A DNA stretch of 64,000 bases from an uncultured virus (IMG/VR IMGVR_UViG_3300025961_000410). Its lineage: Duplodnaviria > Heunggongvirae > Uroviricota > Caudoviricetes. Numbering within the stretch: position 1 is the first letter of the stretch; each line of letters begins with the position of its first letter. The notes beneath the pieces are model-generated. The model searched no databases, was not told the origin of the DNA, and saw nothing but the letters and a program-made list of their open reading frames with translations. The stretch lies in IMG/VR virus record IMGVR_UViG_3300025961_000410; one strand, 5' to 3'. Below, piece by piece: positions 1 through 9,838 of this stretch. A program made the position numbers and the translations under genes.

Positions 1-341
1 AGCCAGCCCTCTTGAGTATTATCAGGGAATCTCCAAATTTCGAGAACCTGGAATGGGTTGTTGTGATCTCCTAGCATTGCTACATCTGGTGTACCAAATG
101 CTGACTCCATACGCTTAGTGTATAGATCAAATCGGGAGACGGAGATGGTTAACCCACCAACATTTCCAGGTACGTTCTCAATGGGTTCACCGCTGGTAGC
201 GACCGATATTTCATATACCGGTGTAATCGCCCGATTCATAGCTGGAGACCAGCCTTGAATAACGCCAACTGTTATACCGTTTGCTCTGATGGTCAAAGCA
301 TGAGAGCTTCTAACCAGTGTATTTGGAGGATTAGTAGGCAC
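1..341 (-). CDS. Tail tube protein, N-terminal part (runs off the window start; not in the ORF track)
   Basis: Manual translation from GTG at 341 gives MPTNPPNTLVRSSHALTIRANGITVGVIQGWSPAMNRAITPVYEISVATSGEPIENVPGNVGGLTISVSRFDLYTKRMESAFG..., with no stop to base 1. It has a tube-like 'VGxIQxW...R....VYE...E.VPG' pattern and lies downstream of the sheath gene. Confidence 0.7.
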   Translation of the reverse strand, partial: MPTNPPNTLVRSSHALTIRANGITVGVIQGWSPAMNRAITPVYEISVATSGEPIENVPGNVGGLTISVSRFDLYTKRMESAFGTPDVAMLGDHNNPFQVLEIWRFPDNTQEGW

Positions 342-394
342 TAGCTTATTCTTTCGGTTCTCGGGCTAGCTTTTGACTAGCTTGCAATTCCCAT

Positions 395-769
395 TTAAGT
401 GATATTCCTAGCATTTGAGGCTAGACGACAAATCTTTGAGGCTATTACCTTGGAGTTGAAGATCTTATCAATTACTGCATCAGCAATGCCAGAATTCATC
501 TGCTCACTATTTGCTGCCCCAGTCAATAAGACTCTTCGCATTAATGGCCATTTCTCTTTTGCAACTTTCAAAAGATGCAAACCAGAAGGACCAGGCATAC
601 CCTCATCAGTAACTAAGATATCAAAACTTTCAGCATGAAGTCGCTGAAGTGCTACTATAGCGTTTGATGCAGTAACTACAGTCATATTACAGTGAATTTC
701 AAGAATTCTAGAAACTAGTCTTAATAGCCCTGGCTCATCATCAACCAGAAGACACCGAGGACCTGTCAT
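395..769 (-). CDS. Single-domain response regulator receiver (CheY-like)
   Basis: LLVDDE acidic pocket, phosphoacceptor region ILVTDEGMPGPSG, LLTG and conserved Lys (IDK). The ATG at 769 is preferred over the track start at 796. Confidence 0.85.
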   Translation of the reverse strand: MTGPRCLLVDDEPGLLRLVSRILEIHCNMTVVTASNAIVALQRLHAESFDILVTDEGMPGPSGLHLLKVAKEKWPLMRRVLLTGAANSEQMNSGIADAVIDKIFNSKVIASKICRLASNARNIT

Positions 770-1073
770 TTTTTTCTGTAAGTGCTGGAATGCCAAGATG
801 ATCTGTTATCGATTTGATGGCATCAAAAGCATTTCCTGTAACTTCTTGTAGACTTAGAATCTTCGAGTCTAAGTCTTTTCTTCTATCAACTGCTCGCATA
901 ATTGCATCCCAAGCAGATTTTAGAGATTCTTGCTGAATTCCTTGTTTATGCACCAGAACTTCTACTACCCCTACACAGTTTTCTAACTTCTGTCGAAGGG
1001 CTATCTGATCGTTGGCAACATCTCCAACCATTTTTAGTAGTTGGTCGATCTTAGCTTCTTGTTCTGGTGTCAT
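741..1073 (-). CDS. Hypothetical coiled-coil protein
   Basis: 110-aa helical ORF in the same orientation, with GAGGAG upstream. Confidence 0.6.
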   Translation of the reverse strand: MTPEQEAKIDQLLKMVGDVANDQIALRQKLENCVGVVEVLVHKQGIQQESLKSAWDAIMRAVDRRKDLDSKILSLQEVTGNAFDAIKSITDHLGIPALTEKNDRSSVSSG

Positions 1074-1106
1074 CTTTCTTAACTCCTCTAGTTCACGCTA
1101 AAAGAA

Positions 1107-3530
1107 TCAAGATGTTTGCTGTCCTGAATTTGCTGCACCAAAAAACGGATTGTCTACCGACCACTCACCAAAGAATCTCTTGGCTGGATAGCGTAGGTTG
1201 AAGTAATACCTGAAATTAAATCTGGTAGGATCAGTCGGGCTTTGGAAGACCTGCATATCAGTCTGGAGGTTGATATCTCGAGGGTTTCCATTCTGATCTT
1301 TGTAACGTGCAATGTCGCCAGTTTCGATCATTGATCGAAGCTCATTTGCAATCAGCCCCTTGATGTCGTTAATGTAATCGGCTAGATCTGAAGGCACAAT
1401 ACCGACCGCGTTGGTGTCTAGAGTTTTATCAATCCCTCTGACAACCTTATCCTTCTGAGCACCTGCACTAATTTCAGTAAACTCTCTAAGGTTTCCAGCA
1501 CCCTGTTCAGTGGTTACCGGATCAGTTAGCTTAAAGTTTCCACCATCAAGAGTTACAACGTTTACACCGTTAGCTGCTAGTGTTCTACGCTCACCCTTCT
1601 GATAAACCTGGAAATCATCGAGATCGAATCCAACAATCGTCTTGCGCAATAGAGAGGTCGCTACTGATAGAAAGCTACACATCACTGCTGCTGTTGCTAA
1701 GCTAAGATAAGTCGAATCCAACAACACTTTTTGCTCAGCTCCAGACTCTAGAGTAAATGTCTTGGAAACATTTGCTGGAGCAGAGATGATGGATCGACCT
1801 CTTCCAGGACTATCTGGTGGAACCTGAAGTGTGATCTGTGCTCTGTAGACGAAAGTGTTGGGCGTGTCGATGTCACCCACTGGAGTGTTTCGTGCCATGC
1901 CATACCAACCTCTACGATAATTCTTCTCGAGAATCGCGGATTGTGTAGTGACATGAGACAGCAAGTAAGATTGAACAGCTAGTCTAGTATCGAGAACCAC
2001 CAGCTCTGTAATGCTGCTGTTGTTGCTAGCCGAGTCAATGGCTGCCTTGGTCTCATTAATTGATGGAGAACCAGGCTGATTCTGATCATTCACCTGAATC
2101 AAGATGATCTGTGGGGTATTATTCTCAAATGCTACTCTCACTGCCATCGCCAACTTATTAACTGAGATATTATCAGCAGTTAGTGGCTCTGTATAAAGAT
2201 ATGCAGATGTCTCGTCAAAGAATCTATGATCTACAGGACTTGGGTTGTTGTAATCAGAAGTAGGCCGAACGTACTCATAAGTAATGAAATACAGAGAACC
2301 ATATGTTGGTTGGTCAGCTGAACCAATTGTTTGGTAAGGAAAGGAAGTGATACCAAACACTAAGTTTGCAGAGTTGTTTGGTGTATCAAAGAATTCAATG
2401 ATGCTATTCACACCTCTAGCTACAGGCTCGTCTTGAAATTGAGCTGGAGCAGTAGCTACAACTGAAGTACTAGGTGCAGTAAACACCGAACCATACAGAG
2501 GTCCATATGCTGAACTAGCAATTAAAGCGGTATTTAAAGCTGTTGCAATTGCTGCAGCTGAAGTCGTTGCTCCAGTTGGAATTGCAACTGTAAGAGCTGC
2601 TAAACCATTAACCGCAAACTTGATACTGTTAAGCACCGTCGTATTAAAGGTTCCAGCAGGACCAGTAACTGTTGCTTGAGTATTTAGTGACCAATCAACA
2701 TTGTTACCGTTTAAGGTGTAATCAACACTCTTAGCATAAGAAGTGACATTCGCAGTATTACCAATTTTGATGATGCTGGTAACTGGACTAAATGTCAATG
2801 GATCGACTTGGTTATCTGTCGATACGTAGGAAATCGTATAAGTAGCACCAGTAACATACTGAAGTGGATTCAGTTGAACGATTGTGTCTGCGATAAATGG
2901 TAGCGAACCACCAAAAATAACAACACCTACATCACCACCAGTGGCTGCTGGGGTCTGAATAATTCTAAAGTCAGATGTAGCACCAGTAACTGGTGAAGTT
3001 ATCTTGACTGCATTGCCACCTGCAACTGAAGCTACAGCGTTGTATGGTACCCCATACCTAGCATCAGCTGCTAGAGCTGCATTAATTAGGCCTACAATTA
3101 CCCCAGCAGTTTGAGTAGCTGACGCTGTGATTAATACTGAGAGGTAACCCTTGTGATCTAACTCAAAGGTAAGATATGAAGTTGCAGGAATGTTGTAGGG
3201 TCCAGCTACTCCTTGCTTTGAAGCTGGAAGATAATCATAACCACCCAGAGGGATTGAATCAGTACCATTCCTTAAAATCGTTGTATCTTGTTTACGACGA
3301 TTTCCATGACTCAACAATGTGTAATTGTAAGGAGATGGGGTACTGAAAGTTACAGATTCGTTAAGTACGATACCACGTTGAACAATCTCGTTAGTCGATC
3401 GCTTAGACCGAGGACCGATAGCAACTACAGCCAGTACATTTGGCACCTGACCTGTAGCTAATGCTTGAGGTTGAATAACCTCTTGCTGGTACACGCCTGG
3501 GTCTGTATATACTGAAAGATCGATAGTCAT
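1107..3530 (-). CDS. Contractile tail sheath protein
   Basis: N-terminal YTDPGVYQQE (sheath 'PGVY' motif), sheath-like C-terminus (LAANGVNVV...FTEIS...RYYFNLRYPAK), 807 aa, upstream of the tube gene. Confidence 0.85.
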   Translation of the reverse strand: MTIDLSVYTDPGVYQQEVIQPQALATGQVPNVLAVVAIGPRSKRSTNEIVQRGIVLNESVTFSTPSPYNYTLLSHGNRRKQDTTILRNGTDSIPLGGYDYLPASKQGVAGPYNIPATSYLTFELDHKGYLSVLITASATQTAGVIVGLINAALAADARYGVPYNAVASVAGGNAVKITSPVTGATSDFRIIQTPAATGGDVGVVIFGGSLPFIADTIVQLNPLQYVTGATYTISYVSTDNQVDPLTFSPVTSIIKIGNTANVTSYAKSVDYTLNGNNVDWSLNTQATVTGPAGTFNTTVLNSIKFAVNGLAALTVAIPTGATTSAAAIATALNTALIASSAYGPLYGSVFTAPSTSVVATAPAQFQDEPVARGVNSIIEFFDTPNNSANLVFGITSFPYQTIGSADQPTYGSLYFITYEYVRPTSDYNNPSPVDHRFFDETSAYLYTEPLTADNISVNKLAMAVRVAFENNTPQIILIQVNDQNQPGSPSINETKAAIDSASNNSSITELVVLDTRLAVQSYLLSHVTTQSAILEKNYRRGWYGMARNTPVGDIDTPNTFVYRAQITLQVPPDSPGRGRSIISAPANVSKTFTLESGAEQKVLLDSTYLSLATAAVMCSFLSVATSLLRKTIVGFDLDDFQVYQKGERRTLAANGVNVVTLDGGNFKLTDPVTTEQGAGNLREFTEISAGAQKDKVVRGIDKTLDTNAVGIVPSDLADYINDIKGLIANELRSMIETGDIARYKDQNGNPRDINLQTDMQVFQSPTDPTRFNFRYYFNLRYPAKRFFGEWSVDNPFFGAANSGQQTS

Positions 3531-3678
3531 GTTTGTGTAACTCAGTCTTTATACTAAAGAACCTTGTCCAACCTTCTTTACAACTTCAAGAAAGACTTGC
3601 TTGAATTGCATTCATGAGGCAGGACCTACCCTACAACTCGATTATAGTGATCGTCGTAAGGATTCGATTAATCTTTCG

Positions 3679-4860
3679 CTAACCAGAAGTCTCACCAAAG
3701 CCAACATGATCACCTTCTGGCATTCCACCAGAATCGTTGACTGATTGAATCAAAGTGGCCTCGTTCAGTCGCCTTGGCAGGTTAACTACGTACCGATCGA
3801 TGTAATCAACGATTGTGACGGGTACTGATAACCGATTTATATAAATCAGATCTTTCTGCTCACCAGAACTAGCTTGACGAGGTATCTCTGCTTCACCCGT
3901 TAGTGCGTGCTGATCTTTTAGAATTACCTGATAGTTTTCTTTTCTGCCAGAATCATCTTGGATAAATTCATCATCAAAGATGGATCTACCATAAAAGGTA
4001 AAGTCCCTCTTATCCATCTCCAGGCTGAAAAAATTCAGAAGTAAGTCTGTCAACTCTCGACGACTATTCTCTGATTCACAACCTATATCTAAACCTACTG
4101 TTAGATTAGCTGCTAACTGGTAACGATTGGCTGGTGGTCTATTAGCACTGTTATCTACCACCTCTATAGTCAGCCCTAACTGGTCGATAGCATTCTGAGT
4201 AGAATATGGAGGAGGTAAAACTTCTATCTGGTTAGGGTAGAGTTTAGCAAGCGGACCAAAGGCTAAAAACCGTATTACCCCAACTGGATCAGAAAAATTA
4301 GTAACCTGAGCTGTAACATGCAAAGCCTGAACAGCAGTAAGAGCAACTACTTCTTCTACGGTCGTAGCAGCTAGATTTGTTATTAGTTTCGATGGAAAAA
4401 GAATGGTTGATATTGCAAAGTTGATGCCATCAGGCTTCGTTCTAAAAGCAATCTTATCACCCTCTACAAAATGAAAGGGCCCTTTGTTGGTTCCCTTTAC
4501 TCTAGCAGGTTGCTGAGTTGCACCAACCATCTGACTGTTAAAGCCCAGCTTTAAATTCGAACCAGTCGAAGTCGTGATGGCGATAAGCGGTAATCGCTCT
4601 AAAATATCAGGGTGCTGAAGGATAATCCTAGTCATGGTTTCGATAGGATTGTTACCACCTTCAGAACCTAGACTATACTTTTCTATTGTAGGTATCTCAA
4701 TATGCTTAGAACCTGATCCTACAAACTTGAAGAATTGACATAATTCACGTTGTATGCAATCCTTCACAGTCTCAGTTAACTGACTAAATCTAGCGGGATC
4801 TTGTGGATCAAGCGGAGTGGTGGCTATGTTTTTATGACTAGCAAGATCTTCAGTGATCAT
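3679..4860 (-). CDS. Probable tail completion/terminator-type structural protein
   Basis: Position between neck genes and sheath. 'ERLPLIAIT' and 'ESENSRRELTDLL' patterns resemble tail-terminator proteins. Confidence 0.5.
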   Translation of the reverse strand: MITEDLASHKNIATTPLDPQDPARFSQLTETVKDCIQRELCQFFKFVGSGSKHIEIPTIEKYSLGSEGGNNPIETMTRIILQHPDILERLPLIAITTSTGSNLKLGFNSQMVGATQQPARVKGTNKGPFHFVEGDKIAFRTKPDGINFAISTILFPSKLITNLAATTVEEVVALTAVQALHVTAQVTNFSDPVGVIRFLAFGPLAKLYPNQIEVLPPPYSTQNAIDQLGLTIEVVDNSANRPPANRYQLAANLTVGLDIGCESENSRRELTDLLLNFFSLEMDKRDFTFYGRSIFDDEFIQDDSGRKENYQVILKDQHALTGEAEIPRQASSGEQKDLIYINRLSVPVTIVDYIDRYVVNLPRRLNEATLIQSVNDSGGMPEGDHVGFGETSG

Positions 4861-5375
4861 AACGTTGTCAAATCTATTTGAAGGTTGGGCAGTTGAGTCT
4901 TAACTGTTTCAATAAGTTCAGACAACGACTTCTCTAAGAAGTGCGAACCTATTGTTCCAGGATGCTTCCACTTTCCAGCTGCAAATGAGGCTGGGGTGGG
5001 AGTTCTGAAAAAGAAACCAGCAGCTCCTGGAATTGGGACAGGAGTTCGACCCCAATAAGCATACTTACCAAAAGCATGCCTTTGGGTATGTTTCCCATTC
5101 AAGAGGTAAGTCATAACGTGAGGCCTAACCCCATCATTTAACCAATATGTGTAAGGCATCAAATTGGTTATCTTGAGGATGTTACCATCAACAGTAACCT
5201 TCCAGCTTTTTGCAGCCATACCTGACTGAGACTTAAATGGTTGGTTAGTGAAGATCCAAGAAGTGATAGTTGGTGGGATGATCTGTTCCAACCATAAAAC
5301 CGCCTTCTTCAATGTCTGAGAATCGTAAGCAGGTTTTCCCTCTTTTCTCTTGATTGTGATTTTGATCTTAGACAC
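4857..5375 (-). CDS. Probable neck/tail completion protein (HK97 gp10-like)
   Basis: 'PYTYWLNDGVRPH' and 'WKHPG...HFLEKS' motifs, basic composition, synteny. Confidence 0.55.
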   Translation of the reverse strand: MSKIKITIKRKEGKPAYDSQTLKKAVLWLEQIIPPTITSWIFTNQPFKSQSGMAAKSWKVTVDGNILKITNLMPYTYWLNDGVRPHVMTYLLNGKHTQRHAFGKYAYWGRTPVPIPGAAGFFFRTPTPASFAAGKWKHPGTIGSHFLEKSLSELIETVKTQLPNLQIDLTTL

Positions 5376-5418
5376 TGTTTTAACGGAGTTTAGTAAGGTT
5401 CTAACCCTTACTCGATGA

Positions 5419-6576
5419 TTAAAACACTAGCGAAGTAAATTCCAGTTCTTGCTGTAGTCTGCTGGAAAAGAACTGCCTGGTTAAAAAGTCTAGTGAGTCG
5501 GAATAATTCACTTTCGTTATCGACCATCTTTGTCCGATTCTTACGCTATCCAGAAACTCGATAAAAGCAGGCTCTTTAATTAATGAAAAAAGATTGATTG
5601 GGTCATCAATCGAACTCTGCTTCTGAATGTTGCAGTCAAATAAAGACAGTGGAGCTGTCCAAAACGACATCGAACCATCCTGGATAATCCCTCGAAGATC
5701 TTGGATATCAGTTTTGGTCATTACATTCTTCAAGATCAAAATCCATGGCCCTACTCTTCCATTTTCAGCTATCGTAGGATAACGAACTCTAAGCATCTCC
5801 CAAGCCGGTGATGGAGTCGATGTTGACGTTCTGCTAAGATTGATTCTAAACCTAATACTGCCAGAAGCTGGAGCTATTGACTGAAGGTTTGCTATGTCAT
5901 ACCAATTTGCGCCTTGATTAACACTAAAGAAAACTGTCACAGCATTATTAGCAGCATCTCGAAGAACAAAATCATTTCGATAATCCCAGTCCCCATTGGT
6001 TACTGATTTTGTAAAAAACAGATCAGTAGATTCAAGAGTGCCTACAGTAGCTCCACTCTTAAGTTCATAGCGGTAGGGTTTGAGTACTGTATTCTGAGTT
6101 AAATTCGTAACTGTCCAACCATGGCTGATAGAAGACATCCATAGCGTTTGATAACCAAACTTCAAGTAGCCGGGAATGAAGTCTGTGCCATGACAGCTAT
6201 TGCACCGTCTATCTGCATGCTGACCCGACTCTTTAACACAAGAGCATTTCAAGGTTCCTGCTGTAGCAATATCCCCACCAGTTTGATTCTTGGGTGCTGT
6301 AAGCTTCAGGTATTCATGAACAGGTAACCATAAGGCAACTCTAACTCCTGTTGCAAGCAACTCATCATTTAAAGCTGCTGCTATCTTAAGCTGAGTAGAC
6401 TCTTGCCCAATTCTACATCTCAGGTTGTTACCCCAATAGCCTGGAACACAAATATTTCGATGCTTTGGTGGTTGAACTGGAGTGGGTACAACTTCAGTCC
6501 CTACAGACCCCAACCCAAATGTTTGACCTAGTGGGGTGTAGTTTACACCAGTTCTAGCTATAAACCCACTTCTCAT
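5419..6576 (-). CDS. Probable head-closure/neck protein with Cys cluster
   Basis: CSC...CNSCHGTDFIPGY motif and position among neck genes. Confidence 0.5.
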   Translation of the reverse strand: MRSGFIARTGVNYTPLGQTFGLGSVGTEVVPTPVQPPKHRNICVPGYWGNNLRCRIGQESTQLKIAAALNDELLATGVRVALWLPVHEYLKLTAPKNQTGGDIATAGTLKCSCVKESGQHADRRCNSCHGTDFIPGYLKFGYQTLWMSSISHGWTVTNLTQNTVLKPYRYELKSGATVGTLESTDLFFTKSVTNGDWDYRNDFVLRDAANNAVTVFFSVNQGANWYDIANLQSIAPASGSIRFRINLSRTSTSTPSPAWEMLRVRYPTIAENGRVGPWILILKNVMTKTDIQDLRGIIQDGSMSFWTAPLSLFDCNIQKQSSIDDPINLFSLIKEPAFIEFLDSVRIGQRWSITKVNYSDSLDFLTRQFFSSRLQQELEFTSLVF

Positions 6577-7106
6577 ACTCCAGGACCTCTTCGAGAAGGT
6601 TGGCCAACAGTAGAAACTACAAGCCCTCCACTTTCATCTCTCAGCTCCCAACGCATAAGAGGTGTAACTCCGTCGTCGTCATACAAGATCAGCTGACCGG
6701 GATCTCCACCGAACTCCTCCATTCGGTTAGTCATACCCTTACGCAGCAAAGCAACATCTAAGCTACTATCCCCACCAGAGATGTAGACTAGATCACTAGC
6801 CTCACCCTTAACATTAGAAGCCCCATTTAGGTTGTACTCGGCAGACAAGAACATACCTGATACGATTCCTGGGGTAGATGAATGAATCACCAACTGTTGA
6901 TAATTCCCTCTTTCGATCTCAGACATAGGTTGATACTTAACTCCCCAACCAGATACTTTGAATGTCCCATCCGACCAATCAAGGTAGGTATTGGTTAAGG
7001 TATTTCTAAGAGCTACAGTAGGGCTCTGTCCAACTAATCCACCAATCCCTTCTTGAGAGATCGTTAGAATTAATGGAAAAGTCACTCCAATAGGTGCTAT
7101 TATCAT
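6573..7106 (-). CDS. Putative virion structural protein (beta-rich; similar to 22947-23594)
   Basis: 'GLVGQSPTVALR...YLDWSDGTF...MSEIERGNYQ' parallels 'GATGATPRILIK...YWTGSVW...MVEED...PGTYY' in 22947-23594. Confidence 0.45.
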   Translation of the reverse strand: MIIAPIGVTFPLILTISQEGIGGLVGQSPTVALRNTLTNTYLDWSDGTFKVSGWGVKYQPMSEIERGNYQQLVIHSSTPGIVSGMFLSAEYNLNGASNVKGEASDLVYISGGDSSLDVALLRKGMTNRMEEFGGDPGQLILYDDDGVTPLMRWELRDESGGLVVSTVGQPSRRGPGV

Positions 7107-7143
7107 GAGTCTAGTGCATCGATTGTATAATGCACTAGACTCA
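7106..7143 (-). promoter_or_regulatory. Perfect 14-bp inverted repeat abutting a start codon
   Basis: tgagtctagtgcat (7106-7119) / atgcactagactca (7130-7143), 10-nt loop, no U-tract. Confidence 0.6.
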
Positions 7144-7156
7144 GATCAACAAGCAA

Positions 7157-8686
7157 CTACTGAGTTTTACGGAGAATGAACTGAGGTAACTCTGACTGAC
7201 CCATAGAATGCTCATATCTAACTGAAGCATGTCCAGGGTTAAATGGGATGTTTAAAGCAGATCGAACTTCTGTTTCAACTTGATTTCGAAGTTTTACAAT
7301 CTGCTGGCCTGACAAGTGATCTGTAAATACATATGAGTGATAACCCCCATCAGGATCACCCTTATAGTACTCAGCAACCTTAGTAAAGTCTACATCATAA
7401 GAATGTAACTGGTCGCCAGATTTCTTACAGGTATAGGTCCAGACATCCTCCAACGACGGATGAGGAACTGCTTCATCATAGTAAGGTGTACCTGGATAGG
7501 TTGTAATTACTGTGCAGTCAAAATCAGCGGGTTTTACCTTTAACAACCAATCCCTAAGAGCTAGGATGGATTCTTCAGATTCACCAGGATGGCCAACCGA
7601 CATCAACCCCTTAACCTTCAGACCAACCCTATCTGCAATTTCTAAGACTTTGGTGTTATCTTCTAGGGTAGCTTTCTTGTTGATATTTTCAAGAATTCGA
7701 GGAGACGCTGCCTCAAACCCGCATAACAACCACCTAAACCCAGCTCTGAACATAGCTCGAGCTTGCTCTTTGTTAAACAGCTCTGATTTGATAAATCCCC
7801 GAAGACGAAATTCCACTCCCAAGCGTTCTTGGAGATCTCCAATGGCATTCATCAGACTCACCATAGATTTGTTAACGTTTAGCTCGTCATCGTAGAACAT
7901 ATAGCCAGTAAAACCATACGTTTTATAGAGCATTTCAACTTCGTTAACAATCGATTCGGTGGATCGAGTCCGTATCATTCGAAGCATTTTCGAATTTCGA
8001 CCACCACAAAATCCACATGCAAACGGACAACCCAACTGTGCTATTAGGCTGGTGCTAGGAAATCCTTCAATGCTGTATTTATAGCTGGTTACGTCGACTA
8101 AGTGTCGAGCAGGAAATGGTGACTCGCCATAATCAGCGTTGGACATAAACAACCCACTTTTTGGATCATCTGCATCAATTAGCTGTGGCGCATCTTCTCT
8201 TATTGCTGCAAAGATAGATATCTCACCATCTCCTGACACCATAGTGTCAAAGAGCTGAACAAGTCGATCATAGGCTTTATGAGCTCTACCGACCCTGCCC
8301 AGCTTCACTTCTAACTTTACTGCAGAATGGACTAAAGTGATGTGTGGACCACCAGCAATGACTCGAAGATCAGGTCTGACCTTTCTAATTTGATCTACTA
8401 TTAGACTGGCCGCTGGAAGTTGAGGGGTTGTAATAGTAAGTGCTGCAACTTTAGCTTTTGTAGATGCTACTTGAAGTGCTACAACTGTTAAATAGTTCTC
8501 AATTCCAGATAAATCAAGAAGTTCTACTGAGTGCCCTGCTTTTTCTAGAACTGCAGCTACTTTCAAAATCCCCAAACTCATAAACACCCGTTCATCCAGC
8601 AAAAAAGCTGATGGTGGGGTGATTAAAAGAACAGTCTCTTTTGGTTGGGGTTTAAACCGGGTTAAGCTATCAACAGATACAGTCAA
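7157..8686 (-). CDS. B12-binding domain radical SAM protein (class B methyltransferase-like)
   Basis: N-terminal cobalamin-binding pattern (SLGILKVAAVLE...GGPH), CxxxCxxC motif GCPFACGFC, FYDDE, GFEAAS, PGTPYY. Confidence 0.9.
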   Translation of the reverse strand: MTVSVDSLTRFKPQPKETVLLITPPSAFLLDERVFMSLGILKVAAVLEKAGHSVELLDLSGIENYLTVVALQVASTKAKVAALTITTPQLPAASLIVDQIRKVRPDLRVIAGGPHITLVHSAVKLEVKLGRVGRAHKAYDRLVQLFDTMVSGDGEISIFAAIREDAPQLIDADDPKSGLFMSNADYGESPFPARHLVDVTSYKYSIEGFPSTSLIAQLGCPFACGFCGGRNSKMLRMIRTRSTESIVNEVEMLYKTYGFTGYMFYDDELNVNKSMVSLMNAIGDLQERLGVEFRLRGFIKSELFNKEQARAMFRAGFRWLLCGFEAASPRILENINKKATLEDNTKVLEIADRVGLKVKGLMSVGHPGESEESILALRDWLLKVKPADFDCTVITTYPGTPYYDEAVPHPSLEDVWTYTCKKSGDQLHSYDVDFTKVAEYYKGDPDGGYHSYVFTDHLSGQQIVKLRNQVETEVRSALNIPFNPGHASVRYEHSMGQSELPQFILRKTQ

Positions 8687-9780
8687 ATTACCTCAAGGAA
8701 GAACGAATCCCATTCTCCAGCAATGATCTTTCGATCAAAATTCTTAGCAAAATTGGTAACCTGTTCTCGACTAGCATTTAAATTTGTCTGCAACAACCAA
8801 AGTAGGTTGTGGACCCAATTTCCAAGATAACTTGGTGAATTCACAGGATGAAGTAATGCACCACTTTCTCCGTAAATTGAACCCAATGCATCCACTCCAG
8901 TAATCATCGGAACACAACCGTTAGCGCAGGCATCCATGGTTGAAACTGAAAACCCTTCAGTCCAGTTTACAGGATCGCAGGGGTAAAGCATTATGGTAGA
9001 TTTTGCAAGCTCTTCCTGCATCTGCTTATTCGATACATTGCCATGAAGAAATAAACCATTCTCCCCATTCACCCCTAAACGGCTAAAGCATTCAGCAATG
9101 TATCTAGCACGGTTTCCAAATGCGTCCGAAATTGGGTTTCCTGAATTCCACTGGTTAATGTTGACATCAAACCAGTTTTTGAATTCATAAAAAACATGCA
9201 ACTCTAAATCTTTTTTCTTTTGTCGTGCAAGTCCAAAAATCTGTAATGCCTGATGAAGTCCACGATCTGGAGAAGAGCAGTAAATCAAGCGATTTGAAGA
9301 TCTCTCCAAACCCGTCGGTAACAAATCGAGGTTGATTGAATTACTGATAGCTCGAACTTTTGACTCACTTACACAACCCCACTCTAGCATTCGATTAGCA
9401 TGAGCTTTCGATGGGCTAATGTAGTAGTCTACGAAGTCATCGAATCCAGGTTTGCAGTAGTTGAAATCGTTTAGTTGCTGAGCTACAATACGCTTTCCTT
9501 TGAAGTTTCTCAAGATGTCAGGTTCATTCCAGCTGACATATGCTTGATACTCACCTACTGCAGTACTCAACGGGTAAATTGTAGCATCACCAAATTTTGC
9601 AGGCTTTGGTGTATCACAAAACACATCAATCTGATGCCCACGCTCTGAAAGACCTCTAACTAGGTTAAAAAAAGAACTTTCAGATCCAGTCAAACCTTTG
9701 CTCGTATATAGGTTGGGAAAATCTGCAAACCCACCACGATTGCTAGATGACCACTTCCCGTAAAACATCGCTAATCTCAT
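8683..9780 (-). CDS. Glycosyltransferase, GT-B fold (GT4-like)
   Basis: GLTGSE N-terminal motif, YCSSPDRGL, EGFSVSTMDACANG (EX7E-like). Confidence 0.85.
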   Translation of the reverse strand: MRLAMFYGKWSSSNRGGFADFPNLYTSKGLTGSESSFFNLVRGLSERGHQIDVFCDTPKPAKFGDATIYPLSTAVGEYQAYVSWNEPDILRNFKGKRIVAQQLNDFNYCKPGFDDFVDYYISPSKAHANRMLEWGCVSESKVRAISNSINLDLLPTGLERSSNRLIYCSSPDRGLHQALQIFGLARQKKKDLELHVFYEFKNWFDVNINQWNSGNPISDAFGNRARYIAECFSRLGVNGENGLFLHGNVSNKQMQEELAKSTIMLYPCDPVNWTEGFSVSTMDACANGCVPMITGVDALGSIYGESGALLHPVNSPSYLGNWVHNLLWLLQTNLNASREQVTNFAKNFDRKIIAGEWDSFFLEVI

Positions 9781-9838
9781 TTGAGATTCCTCATGATAAT
9801 AGTATCAACTCGACAACTAAAACTTAGGTTACGTCAGG

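Noticed and set aside
1..6576. Tailocin or extracellular contractile injection system
   Set aside because: Portal, protease, capsid, ligase and tRNA genes in the same window indicate a complete phage.
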